Positions 44,746-58,549 of a stretch of 64,000 nucleotides of DNA are shown here, piece by piece (the stretch's first letter is position 1; each line of letters opens with the position of its first letter). This DNA comes from Eledone cirrhosa (taxonomy: Eukaryota). A program made the position numbers and the translations under genes. Below the pieces are notes generated by a model. That model ran no database searches. It was not told the origin of the DNA and saw only the letters and a list, made by a program, of their open reading frames with translations. The stretch is taken from NCBI GenBank assembly GCA_964016885.1, contig OZ024745.1, positions 63,984,001 through 64,048,000 of the forward strand, read 5' to 3'.

Positions 44746-45444
44746 TTTCTCTGGAGATGCATGGGCTACGACAGATTTAAATTGCCCAGTCATGACGGCA
44801 CCGTTATGTCTCTATCAGGTATTATGAGCCCTTTACCTATTTAATTGTGTCAGTTCATGTTATATTCCCTCCATCTGATATAGATAAAATATATAATGTG
44901 GTTGCTGGAAGTTACAGCCTATGTTTATACTAAAATTTATAATTTAATTTAAATGAAAGATTGTAGAGCGAAAGAAATAGTAATGTCAGACTAAGTGTGA
45001 CGGGATTTAGATATTGTAGTTTGTGTTAAGAGTTAGAATTCTGCCAGAATTGAATTTCGAAATTGATCAAATAAATAGTAAAGTGCTGGACCGATTAAAT
45101 AAACTGCTCCTGAACCCTAAATATTTTGATCGTATGACAAACTTAGAAATCACTATTAAGAGCTTGGAAATGGAAAAGTGCCCATAACACTTTTGTGTCT
45201 TGACAGATTGGTGTGGTTTTGTGAATTGTATTAATTGTAAACTTTTAGTCGATGTCTGTGGACAAAACATAGGCAAATTGAAATTCTAAAATTCCTTCAG
45301 TAATGTACATTTTACTAGGGTATATATATATTTTTCAAAATTGATGGTAAGGGAAAGAGCTGTTGTCCTTGAGAAAGTCAATTCCTGATGAGTCGAATTT
45401 GCAAATTAATTTCGTTCCTCGGATAAAACAAGTTTGGTTCATTC

Positions 45445-46425
45445 AAACACAACAGAGCCCTCTGTATTCAGAGAACGTGAGGCCGCCTGTGAGACGTGGG
45501 ACCGGCTGGTACTTAGCCCAGTAGACGTCCCTCCTCCTTCTCCCCCTGTTGACGTCAAGTCCCCGCCAACGCACTTGGGATGCCATCCAGTGCAGCCTGG
45601 CCTCACACAGACTCACGCGCCAGCTCGACCAGCACCGCCTTGCTTGTTTTCGTGCGGCCTCCAAACCCCACAGTGGTGCCTGGCTCCATGCTCTGCCCTC
45701 CTTTTCCACTGGCACGCAGCTAGACAACCATAGCCTGCGAATCGGTGTTTCCCTGAGGCTCGGCCTCCGGATCTGCCAGCCACACCACTGTCGCTGCGGT
45801 TCCACCGTGGACTCTTTCGGCTTCCACCCGCTTTCCTGTCGCCACAGTGCCGGCCGCATTCCACGCCATACTGCCCTCAATGAGATCATTAAGCATGGCT
45901 TGGACGCTGCAGGCTTTCCTTCCCAGCTCGAGCCGGTGGGGCTGGATCGAGGGGACGGCAAAAGGCCAGATGGCATGACCATCTTCCCGTTCCGCGGTGG
46001 CAAACCCCTCGTCTGGGATGCCACTTGCACCGACACTTTCTGCAGCCGCAACCTGGTGCAGTCTGCGACTGACCCAGGTTCTGCTGCACGTCTGGCTGAA
46101 GGGGCCCAAACTCCTCAAATACCGGTCGCTCTCCGACAGGTTTGCGGTCGTTCCCCTGGCTGTGGAAACTTCTGGTGTCCTCAGCCCCAGGGCTACCTCC
46201 TTACTCACCACCATAGGCGCTGAGCTGGCCAGCCACAGGTATGAGCCCCGCGAATTGGAGTAGCTTTTCCAGCGCGTCTCCCTTGCCGTCCTCCGGGGAA
46301 ACGCCTTCTCCATTCTGTCCGCCGGGGCTGTGGGTGGGCCCCATCGCGTACCAATACATTAGTTAAATACCATTCTTTCATCTGAAACACCACAATAAAC
46401 TCATAAGTCGTAGACTAAAAAAAAA
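45445..46425 (+). mobile_element. 5'-truncated CRE-clade non-LTR retrotransposon (zinc knuckle plus restriction-like endonuclease), inactivated
   Basis: SGAWLHALPS...LRLG...CRCGSTVDSFGFHPLSC...RIPRHTALNEII...EPVGLDRGDGKRPDG...LVWDATC, frameshift ~46105, then KYRSL...PLAVETSG...*LFQRVSLAVLRGNAFSIL; AATAAA and short poly(A) at the end. Confidence 0.9.
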
Positions 46426-48855
46426 GATAGACGTTGTTTCGTGTTTCCGAAGGACAGAATGACGAATGCGTTACTTCGGAAGATAGCGAGAAAAGTGCAC
46501 CAAAAAAGCCAGTTTTGTGAAACATTGAAGTTAACAAATGGTCTTCGTTCTTATTAGAAAAAAATAAGATTAAAGAAAGACATGCCTTTTTTAAATGTAG
46601 ACAGTAAACCTCTAGTGAAACCATTGAAGATATTGTTTTGTTTTGCCGGCTGTTGAAACTACACTTGCTGCTGAATGAAAACCAACTAATTTTTCATTAA
46701 TTTCTCCAGTGATGCAGCTTCCAACAGTTATGAATAGTACGACCTTGTTGAACTTACTTGACAAAATACGACAAGGATAAGAACTTCCGATTTCTCAGCT
46801 GGCTCTCTGATACCATCTCAAATCAACTATTCATGTTTATGTGTTATTTTAGATTTCAAAGAAATGCTCACAGCTTTTATGTTGCTTCAAATTATGATTT
46901 TGTAGAGGAAAAGTATAATCGATTGCGTTATCCCCTGTATTTGCACTAAGACGTCAGGTCATAAAGGAATGTAACTAGCTACATTAATTGATGTTACCGT
47001 TGATTTATTGATCCAACCAACTCCCTTTTTGTAAATTATTTAAGCTGGGTTCTATCTCTTTGTCAGTCACGCTGACACGAAGACACAATCTCTCTTTACG
47101 TTTCTCTCTCTTTCCTCTTGTATATCTATCTATGCGCACGCACATAAAGATATAAATGATCTGATTAGCAATTAATTAAAATCGAATATCGATAAGAATA
47201 GTTGCTGTGTAGTGCAAGCATTACTTTTTGCCTGTATTGTCTCTCAAACCTTCGCTCCGTATTCATAATTCCGTTGCACCCGCTATTCATCTTATCTCCC
47301 TCTCTTTACACAGCTCACAATATAAGCGTAATTTGACCCTTACTATTGGAGTTCCTTTGACAATTGTATATATGATCCATAAAATAACAAAATTATCAAT
47401 ATCCTTACTAAAAATGCTTTAAAAAAATTAATGAAATCATTGGTTTGCACCAAATGTATATAACATCACAACATCGGACCACTGTTTCGCCCCGAAAGAA
47501 CACACTTCGTTCTCGTTAGAATTACTTTTAAACAAATATAATGTGTAGTACTTGATGAACGTGCAATATTAATCTTTAAGCGTACTCAGAATCTTCTGAT
47601 TTTATTATTATAAACCTTGGAAATTTTCATAGCATTTTTGCATGATCTTACGAAAACTGTTTCCATTACTTTTTTATAGTAATGTATTTCTTAAATGATA
47701 AAGACAATATGCTTAGGCTCTTTTCGAAGTGTCTGATGTTCATACCCTTTCAATTGTATTTTATTGTATTAAATGGCAACATTTAACTCTCATTCTATCT
47801 AGCTGTAAAATACGTACCATTACCGTTATCGGCATCAAAATCAATATATAATTGATAATTGCTTACTTGCGAAGGATTTTATAGTTGGAGAAAAATAAGA
47901 GAAAGGAGTTGAAGTCTATGTAGAGTATATAATCATCAAATATTATCGACGGTCAATTTCAACGCAGCAAGAACAAATAAAAATGAGAAAGATTGATTGA
48001 ACCGATTTTTTTTTTTTGGCAAAAATGTTTTTCTTCGACGCAGAAGGAAACACTTTTCTTAAGTAGCTTCCAGGTGGTCCAATTTTGTAATACGGTTTCA
48101 ATTTTCATTTGAAATCACATTGTTAACACACTGTTAATAATGTTATGCTTTGGAACAAATAGACAAATTTCTCTCGGAAGTACATAATTAATAAACTGGT
48201 GGAATTGTTAGTCCAAACTCCCACTGTGACTAGGTTCGGTTTAACACCAGGACATGTATCTTGGCTATACAATTTCTTTTTCTTTGAAAAAGAAGTCTTA
48301 ACGCATGGATGCTTTTGGGATCTTGTCCGCGGGACACAGCACAGATACCACCGCGTTCTAAGCCTAGAACCAATCACGCTCCCGCTTCCCCCTCCCATTT
48401 TTCTGTGACCCTACAGCCCTTGACTTTCCCTTCCTTTTCCGTTTTCATGACCACAAAAAACACTTGCAATTTTTACAATAAAATATTTATTCACTTCGAA
48501 TTATTATAAAATATAAGGTAAAATGTAAACTGCCGTTTTGCTTTCATTTCATTTCTGTACTCAACTGTTTTTACCTTTGAATATTCGATTTTCCTTGTAT
48601 CTATGTTCTCGAAACAATTCTAACCACACCCGAACGCACGCACACCACATACACACATACATATATGCATACATACATATAAACAAATGAACTTACATAC
48701 ATACATATGTACGTGCATATGTATGCTTATATATGTATATATATATATGTGTGCGTGTATATATATATATATGTGTGTATATATGTATATATATATAAAA
48801 ATGTGTATATATATATATGTGTGTATATATGTATATATATATGTGTATATATATA

Positions 48856-49038
<183 letters not shown>

Positions 49039-49039
49039 A

Positions 49040-49100
<61 letters not shown>

Positions 49101-49103
<3 letters not shown>

Positions 49104-49320
49104 TAGTTCCACAACTGTTAATTCACCATTTCCGAGAACAATTTGTTTCACCTCAGACGGATCGTCAGCTCGCCTTAAAAGAGAGCTGATCATCGGTCTG
49201 AGGTGAAACAAATTATTCTCGGAAATGGTGAATTAACTGTTGTGGAACTATTTCTTCCAAAGTCGTCCCATGGACTGAGTGTTCTACTACTGCGGATATA
49301 ACCCACCAGTGTTCTACCAA
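49101..49320. mobile_element. Family F fold-back element with hammerhead at 49133-49172 (-)
   Basis: ~68 bp inverted arms (49104-49171 / 49183-49250); minus CGAG-CTGACGA-T-CC-GTCTGA-GG-T-GAAA-CAAATTG-TT-CTCG; the plus-arm copy has core mutations. Confidence 0.75.
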
Positions 49321-49379
49321 TATATATAGAGAGAGAGAGAGGGAGAGAGAGGGAGAGAGAGAAAGAAAGCGAGAGAGAC

Positions 49380-49469
49380 TACAGTGGGATTAACAGAACA
49401 GGTGTGTGGTCTGACAAGACTCGCTGGAAGGAGTGTTTGGGGTTCTCCCCCGCACGGCCCTCTCACGAA

Positions 49470-49500
<31 letters not shown>

Positions 49501-49543
49501 AAGAAGAAGAAGAAGAAGAAGAAGAAGAAGAAGAAGAAGAAGA
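49380..49543 (+). mobile_element. RTE extreme 3' end with (AAG)n tail
   Basis: TCTGACAAGACTCGCTGGAAGGAGTGTTTG...TCTCACGAATAAG(AAG)n matches the 12.5 kb RTE end. Confidence 0.75.
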
Positions 49544-50553
49544 ATACAGCATCTGTGTCTTGTTTCAGTAAATGCTATCGGATAATCTTAAAATATAATG
49601 TATCATTCCAGGAGTTGAACAAACTGACTTTCACAACGGTACGCAAGTTTGCGTTATCTAAAAATAAAGTTTTAAGTGATAATGGTATTATTGGCATTCG
49701 CCCCCCGGTGATGCAGTGGTGAGGGAATTGTGTTCAACAGGAGACCTGTAACACCATAAATACTACAAGTGTGAGAGTTAAGTGTCTTTATCAAAAACAC
49801 AACATAACATCAGTAACAGGATACAAAATATTCACCCTTCAACTTGTAATTTTCTCATTCATAAATTCAGCAATCTATCACTGAGTATAAGTCGGTGAGT
49901 TAACAGAAGCGATAAGCGTCAGTCTAAAACCTTGAAGCATTAATTCAAATTCCTTACATTTTAAGTTACAGCCCACCAATAACATTGTCTTTCCACCTTC
50001 GGAGGTCGATAAATTAAAAAAATGGAAATTTAATGTAGTGGAGAGATAGAATGGTGAGGATGTCGGATATGATGACTTTGAGCCACTCTATTAAGATTAT
50101 AAAAGTCTCCAGTCTGAAGATACTTTTCTTCCTCCCAACAATTGCAGAGACCCACAAAGAACTAAATGAAATAAAAAAGAGAACGTATTCAAGAAGACAT
50201 AAATATGAAAAGAGTTGAAACACCTACCACAGAAGAGACGCCCATGTCAGTGACCCCATACTACGACAGAAGAAAATACAGCAACAGATTGAAAATGCAT
50301 GGAATGTAACTAGAAGACAAAATAACAATGAATAGATATCTAAAGTGGTTACCAACTAGCTAGAAAATAATTAGTTTCTGAAAGAACAATCTGAATTCAT
50401 CAAAAGCATAAAAGAAGAAATTGTAACAGAACTTGACAAAGTAAGCAACACATCAAGACAAAAATGAAATCCCTGACAAAATTAACAAGTAAAAGCAAAC
50501 ATAATAAATTGGTGAGGATGAGAAACGCTGCAAGCAAATTCTACTCAATACGA

Positions 50554-50609
<56 letters not shown>

Positions 50610-50816
50610 TTTTAAAATTAACTATGGAGATATAAAAGATACAGAAGCGAAAACTAATCTAAACCAAGCACTGAGCGTGTTTTATTATTATTATTTCTGG
50701 CAATATTATAACAATATGACCCTGCCAAATATAACAATATTTGTTTCAACACACGATTTCATATCAAAAACTTTCCAAAACAAATATATATATATATATA
50801 TACGTATATATATACA

Positions 50817-50859
<43 letters not shown>

Positions 50860-50862
<3 letters not shown>

Positions 50863-51398
50863 TTCAGGTTATCAATAATGTAGTGATAATATATCGTTAC
50901 GTTAGAGATGAACAGCGTACGTACAGGTTTGCTCAACGAGTATAAATTATATTCCGGAGAAAATGTAGAAAGGATGAATATAAAATGAAAGTGCTTTTTT
51001 TAAAAAGGAATTTATTAGGTATTGACATATGTTTCTGTAACAGACGGAATACCTATGTATCGCTGCTTGCGTAATCATATAATGTTAGCAAGTATTCGAT
51101 AGCAAATGTATAATCAGTTGTCACTTCTTCAGAGATTTTGGATAAATTGGATAAAATCAGAAAAATTGAAGTATTTATATTATTACTAATATAAATACTT
51201 CAATTTTTCTGATTTTATCCAATTTATCCAAAATCTCTGAAGAAGTGACAACTGATTATACATTTGCTATCGAATACTTGCTAACATTATATGATTACGC
51301 AAGCAGCGATACATAGGTATTCCGTCTGTTACAGAAACATATGTCAATACCTAATAAATTCCTTTTTAGAAAAAGCACTTTCATTTTATATTCATCCT

Positions 51399-51403
<5 letters not shown>
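50860..51403. mobile_element. Family G: 438 bp near-perfect palindrome (217 bp arms, 4 nt spacer) between TA runs
   Basis: 50966-51182 is the reverse complement of 51187-51403 with one mismatch seen; hammerhead-like motif at 51314-51353. Confidence 0.9.
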
Positions 51404-51449
<46 letters not shown>

Positions 51450-51466
51450 CGTATATATATATACAC

Positions 51467-51506
<40 letters not shown>

Positions 51507-51652
51507 GTATATACATATACACGTATATATATATATATACGTATATATATATACACGTATATATATATATATATACGTATATATATATACACGTATATAT
51601 ATATACACGTATATATATATACACGTATATATATATACACATATATATATAT

Positions 51653-51720
<68 letters not shown>

Positions 51721-52128
51721 TCATTAGTTAAGCAAAACAAGACCACAAACTTCACAAGGAAGGCATTATTAACAGATTGTCAACATATTTTAGTTTGATG
51801 TAAGGAATGTAGAGAATAATAATAATAATATTAATAATAATAATGTCCGTTTACAATTGTTTCGCTACTCCATATAATATTTCTGGATCACATGACTATA
51901 TATCGTAATTGATCTGGTTCAGTTGAAAATAATTAACATATTTAAAAAAACAGAGTGGCTCATCGGAACTCCTGCATGAACCCAGCCACCTAGCTGCTTT
52001 CTACTGCATATTGCACATTGAGCACATGCCTTTACGCTTTGGCTTCTAACTAACTCACCAATCTTTCCTCTCATATCTCCTCTACTATCTCCATCTCTCT
52101 CTTTAAGATTGGTTACTCTTGAACTGTG

Positions 52129-52221
<93 letters not shown>

Positions 52222-52444
52222 TCATATATATATTCATAGTTGACGGCCGAAAGAAAAGAGTTTAAATATTCCTTTTATTAAGCCTTAATAGTGAGAGTCT
52301 TTATATTCTGGAGTTTCGCAAAACTCCAACGCAACATGAATCACTATTTAACCTCATTAAAATGAATATGTATATATATATATATACATGTGTGTGTGTG
52401 TGTGTGTTGTTGTTGTTAGTGGTAATGGGGGGGTCTTCTTTTCC

Positions 52445-52690
52445 TTTCCATCGTCGATTGCTCCAGTTGATTCAATCAACGGAACTCCCTTCAGGTGAAA
52501 TTAACGTGACTCTGCACCCCTGACGTAGTTTTCAAGGAGAATAAGAATGGTATCATATGTGACACAGGTACAACTCATTTTTGCCAGCTGAATTGACTGG
52601 AGAAACACGAAATAAAGCGTCTTGCTGAAGAGCGCAACACGACACCCGGTCGAGGAATCGAACTCAAGGACTTATAATTGTGAGTTATAT
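52445..52690 (-). mobile_element. CORE-type tRNA SINE (second family), diverged
   Basis: GACTGGAGAAACACGAAATAAAGCGTCTTGCTGAAGAGCGCAACACG...GGAATCGAACTC is the reverse complement of B box plus CORE-like body, as in 58163-58440. Confidence 0.7.
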
Positions 52691-52994
52691 ATGTTTATGT
52701 ATTTCAACAGCCAGTTTATACGATGTACTCCAAATATCACTCACGAGATAATTCTATTTGCTATTTGGGTTTTATCTGATCTAGATCATGAACCTTCTGA
52801 TTAAAAGTAAACCAAGATGTTAAAGTGACATCTCCTACCAATGTTTGTTTATATTACCCCAGCTTGTTTTCACCTACTAAGTGTTATCATATTGAGCAAA
52901 ACAACTTTCAGATTTTCGGTTTTGACAACATTTCTGATGATGTCATGTGTGTTATGTAACAATAATAGGCAACTACTGCAAATATATGATATAA

Positions 52995-53150
52995 TTTACG
53001 TTCTGAGTTCAAATCACGCTGAGGTTAGCTTTGCCTTTCATCCTTACGAGGTCGATAAAATATAGCCCCATTAATGCACTGGGTTCGATTTAATCAACTT
53101 TACCCTTTCCCAAAATTGCTCGCCTTGAGCCTATAATAGAAACCATTATT
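52995..53150 (+). mobile_element. SINE copy, 5' truncated (another diverged copy at ~53332-53460)
   Basis: B box, central domain and tail present. Confidence 0.8.
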
Positions 53151-53470
53151 CTTAATAATTCTTCTTCTTCTTCTTCTTCTTCTTCTTCTTCTTCTTCTTC
53201 TTCTTCTTCTTCTTCACCCACTTATACCTGAAAGTTGATTCTTAAATTTACATTTTAGATCATAAGTTTTTCATACATTGTCAAAGAGTTTAAAGCAAAA
53301 TAAGTATTTCACTATCGTAAAACAAGTACTAAGGCGGTGCAATGCCAGAGCCAGTATTTGTTCCGGCACACTGCTCTCTAAGTTCAAATCGGACCGAAGT
53401 CAGTTAGCGCTTCATCATTTTAAGGTCGATAAATATAGGAACCTTTACAGTACTACAATTAATTCTTCCA

Positions 53471-53526
<56 letters not shown>

Positions 53527-54674
53527 GATATTGGCTGTCTGTCTTCCGACCTGGACAAAAGTATCACGACACCCGAGACTAGAGACACAAGAAGGCACAG
53601 GCAGACATAGAAAGAGAAGGCACCAAATTCGCACATACCGCACATACAACACACCACGCACACGAGAGCACGTACGCACATACATAGACACACACACATA
53701 CACACACGTATGCACATAGTACACACACACCTCAGCAATACAAAAAGAAAAGGAAAAAGACTGAGTAAATGTAGCCGGGGGTAAAGTCAAGACAAAGATT
53801 GATTAAGAGTTAAAATATCCTTGATAAGATTACAGGCTGTGATGAAGAAGCTTTGTCTATTATGTAAATAGCCATTTGGCTGTTTAACCAACCGATGTAT
53901 GGGTTAGTTACCTGATTAATAAAAAGTAAAAACTGAAGTTAAATATCAACTAGTGCGAGTCTTTGTTTTTTTGTTGTTTTTTTTTATTTTTTGACAGCAT
54001 GACCATCTCAAAGTATTCAATAAAAGAAATGGTGTTAAATACATTGCCGATAGGAACACGTAGATTTACTATAAATTGAATATGTCGGTGTGTGTGTGTG
54101 TGTGTGTGAAAGAGAAAGCTAGAGAGTGTGTGTATGTGTGTGTGTATGTGTGTGTGAAAGAGAAAGAGAGAGTGTGTGTGTGTGTGTGTGTATTGATTTT
54201 ATTTTTACTGCTAACGCCTTGTTGCATCTGATAGAACGTTTTTTGAGAGTTTTTTGAGGGTTTTTTTAATAATATAATAGTGGCGCCTGTCCTACAAGCT
54301 ACTATTTTCCCGGTTACAGGAGACGGCAATTGAATTCAGAAAGCTTATAGCCGAAATAGATGCTATGTGACGCTATATTAATTGCGCCCATCCCCTACTC
54401 TAGAGTGATACCTTTATTTGTCGATGATGAAATCAAAGTTGACTTCGACAGGATTTGAAACTAGAATATTGTGGACGTTGATGAAATACTATAATTCATT
54501 TTATCTGCCGCATTAATTATTCTGCCTCACTACCACCTTTATTCTAACAATACTAATAGAACATGATTACACAGGTTAAGTGTCAATCAAAACGTAGATG
54601 AAGGAAACAAACTATCAAAGCAATTCAATTCGACATTCAACCGCTTTTACCCACTCAAAGGAATAAATATGGGT

Positions 54675-54832
<158 letters not shown>

Positions 54833-55935
54833 TTCCACGAAGTTGTACTCAGCACCAGTCCCATACTGTTCCGAGCTCAGCCAATGCCCAAAGTCACCGC
54901 ATGCAAATGCTACACTTCACAGCCAAACAGCGGTGTGAACGATTGTATTGTCCCCACATTAACTCCTTAATGAGTCAATGCCCTTCTCATTCATGTGTAT
55001 ATGTCTTTGAGGGCGTGTGTGTGTTTGTATGTATGTGTGCGTGCACGTGTTTTACATAGCTGATCAATATTCATTTAGTAAAATCCTGTGTAAATTACTG
55101 TCATTTTTGTAGATAAGTTACTATAAGTAAGACTTTAACCAGAGTTGTCACCGTACTTACCAAAGTGCGGACTCATTCCTCTTGCATAGTTTCAATCTAT
55201 TACATTTACATTAAATGTATCGAATTAAATTCGACGATTTCTTCCTCGCGCCTTTCTTGGCAATAATTAATCATTATTCAGCTAACAACCATAGGATATC
55301 GTTTAACTCTCGACGGTTCAGTCAAACTAAATTAAAATAAGTACTTTTAAGATTGGTACAAATAGTATAATACGCTTGCATGTGACGCAAGCGATGTAAA
55401 ATTAATGTATATTTCGTTAGACTTCGGTCTTACATATTACTCTCCTTTTGGTTATAACTTAGATAGAGTGACAGGTGGCAGAGAGAAAGATGGATTACTT
55501 AAGATACATAATATGAAGGGATACGAAGCAACTCGCTCCAACAAGACCAGCCTCCACAGTTTCATTCGACATGCAATAAATAGCAGCCAAATTGCCCACA
55601 AACATAGGTCTTCTCTCTTCAGAAAATAATTCTAGACAAACAAAAATATGGAACATCTTTAAATAAACGCCTGAGAAATAACATCAAAACAAATGTTAGT
55701 ATAAATATTCTCTTTACAAGCAAACTGTGTATAAAGCTCCTTACATCTATTCCTGGTGGATTTTAGTATTAAAGACTGCAGTGTAAATATATGAATAAAA
55801 CTTGTTTGTAACGTGATAGAAAGAATATTCTTAGTAAAAGTTAATAAAAACATAGTATTTGAAAAATATCAGAACGTCAATGAAAAAATTTGACATTCTC
55901 ATGTTACCAGACTATATAACAGGTGATTTAGTTCT

Positions 55936-56009
<74 letters not shown>

Positions 56010-56030
56010 TGCGTGCGCGTGCGTGCGTGC

Positions 56031-56071
<41 letters not shown>

Positions 56072-56100
56072 TGTGTGTGTGCATGCATGTATATATACAT

Positions 56101-56695
56101 ATATGGTGGCTGCCAACTCGTTTTCGAGTACGGCCACTACTTTATATCCATGTAGGAGAACCCCTACCGGTGCGCTGAACGAGTATGCCTTTTTAGTCCA
56201 GCCAGCGACTTGAAAACTCTGGTACAACACTACACTTGTGACAATTATTGACACATAGTGCTGGGCCCATGCTACCATGTGACGACAAGTGCAGAGAGAT
56301 CTCCAGATATAAAGCAATGCCTGTGCTGTGGAGCTTTTATAGTGAGCAAAGACACTGCACAAAGCCAATCCCACTCTCTTAACCAAGATGATATTTACCA
56401 AAAAGAAGAACAAGTCAACATCATTGGATACCATCAGGGTTGCAGGTGTTATATCAGAGTTTTCCTTCTCCTAGAATTCTGCCTAGAATTCTCCCGGTGA
56501 TTTTGGATGGCCATTGACTCTTAAGAGTTCCTTTGCCCTTTGACAGGTTTTGTTTTTAGTCCTGCAGGATGTCAAAAGTCACCCTCCTCACCAAGAAACC
56601 TTGGTGGGGTTGCCAGTTTAGTCGCCAACGACCCGACCATGAGACAGGTTGTACTGGGATACATGTTACCAGTAGCACCAACTGGTGACCTGACA
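56101..56695 (-). mobile_element. ~610 bp non-autonomous retroposon, near full-length copy
   Basis: Colinear with 25219-25830, same two ends. Confidence 0.85.
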
Positions 56696-57076
56696 TACAT
56701 ATATACATGTATATATACATGTAAGTATGTTTGTATTCATATATATGCGTGTATATATACATATATACACGCATATATAAACATACAAACATACTTACAT
56801 ACATACATACAGACAGACATGGCTACATATTCAGTTTATGTAACTAATACTCGCGTAACCCATACTCTGAGTCTATGACATTCAGTCACAATTCTAACAA
56901 AATCCCTCCTAACAATTGTGGCACAAAATATGTTGGATAAGAAATAAAAATATTCTTTAATTTTAGATTTATTTCAAATGCATATAATAAGTGTAGAAAA
57001 GTACATATAAACTTTGTATTGTAATATCTCTTTTCCTCCACAGCATCTCTCTCTCTCTCTTTCTCTCTCTCACTAT

Positions 57077-57151
<75 letters not shown>

Positions 57152-58162
57152 ATACATATATATGTGTGTGTTTATGTGTGAGTGTGAATATCTCTATGTG
57201 TCTACTTCTCTCTCTCTATATATATATATATATACACATATGATATTATGTGTGCACGTATGTATCTAAGTGCTTGTGTTCTAAAGAAAAAGTAATAGTT
57301 TGTTTAACTGAAATGAATTAGAAAAGTCCACATTAAATTTCTGTGTTGGAATGTTTCTTTAGAAAATAGAAAATATTTTTTTATTTTGTTTTATAGCAAT
57401 GTAATAAGAAATAACTAGCTGTGATGCATCGTTGCTCGAGATGTGTTAATGTTTTGTACAGAAAAATTGGCAAAAGAGACATAAAAGAATAAGACGCTTT
57501 ATAGACATCAACGAAACATTCTTTTAATGTTTCGAAATGTTTTATGGGCAATTCGTGATTAAATCTCTGTTGAGCAAACCTAAGAAATATTGATACCACT
57601 ATTTCTGTTTGTATATACTGAATAATGTGTATTTGTGTGTGTCTGTGCGTGTACACGTGTGTAAGCATGTGTGTGTGTGTGTGTGTGCACGAGAGAGTGT
57701 ATGTGAGTGTGTGTATGGAAGTACACACACTCGCACGCACATATATAAATACATACATAAATCATAATTACATATATACATGCATACATGCATGTCAGAA
57801 TACATAAATACACACACATACATAGGAATATCATAAACAGCTGTCCAAAGCGTGGAAAAACTAAAAGCCAATTTTGCAACATTTCTATCAATGGTTTGAC
57901 TGTTTCACCAGTATCAGACGAGGACTGGTACGGATACTTTGGAGTACATGAAAATGTATCCTATGAAAATGTATCCTATTTGCAACAAACATCATGGGCA
58001 AAGTTTTTGTTTTCGAAAAGCTGGGAGATTGAGGTTGATAGAAAATATAGGGAAACTGAGACGCAAAAAAATATGAATAATTGTAAATTGTAAATACAGT
58101 TGGTTGGAGTTTCCCTATATTTTCTATGAACATATATATATATGTGTGTGTGTGGTGTGTTG

Positions 58163-58440
58163 GGGAGGCACGTGGCCTAGTGGTAAGGGTGTTGGACGAT
58201 CATAATGTCGTGGGTTCGATTCCTGGGCTGCGTGTGTGTTCTTGAGCGAAATACTTCATTTCACGTTGCTCCAGTATACTCAGCTGGAAATGAGTACCAG
58301 CAATAGCTGGAGGTTTAACCCTGCGATGGACTGGCATCCTCTCCAGGGGGGGGGAGTCTTGTACTCTCAGTCGCTTCACGCCATGAAACCGGGATAAGCA
58401 CCGGCCAAATGAGTCTTCTGGCTTAAGACAGACTTTAGAC
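58163..58440 (+). mobile_element. tRNA-derived SINE with CORE-like and V-like segments
   Basis: GTGGCCTAGTGGTAAG (A box), GGTTCGATTCC (B box), TTCTTGAGCGAAATACTTCATTTCACGTTGCTCCAGT, ACCCTGCGATGGACTGGCATCC. Confidence 0.85.
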
Positions 58441-58445
58441 TTTTT

Positions 58446-58522
<77 letters not shown>

Positions 58523-58549
58523 CATAGAAAATATAGGGAAAACGTAGTA

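Noticed and set aside
45385-45435. CTGATGAGTC upstream of the CRE element
   Set aside because: No matching GAAA or cleavage triplet.
58163-58230. tRNA gene
   Set aside because: A and B boxes only, continuing into a SINE body; no full cloverleaf.
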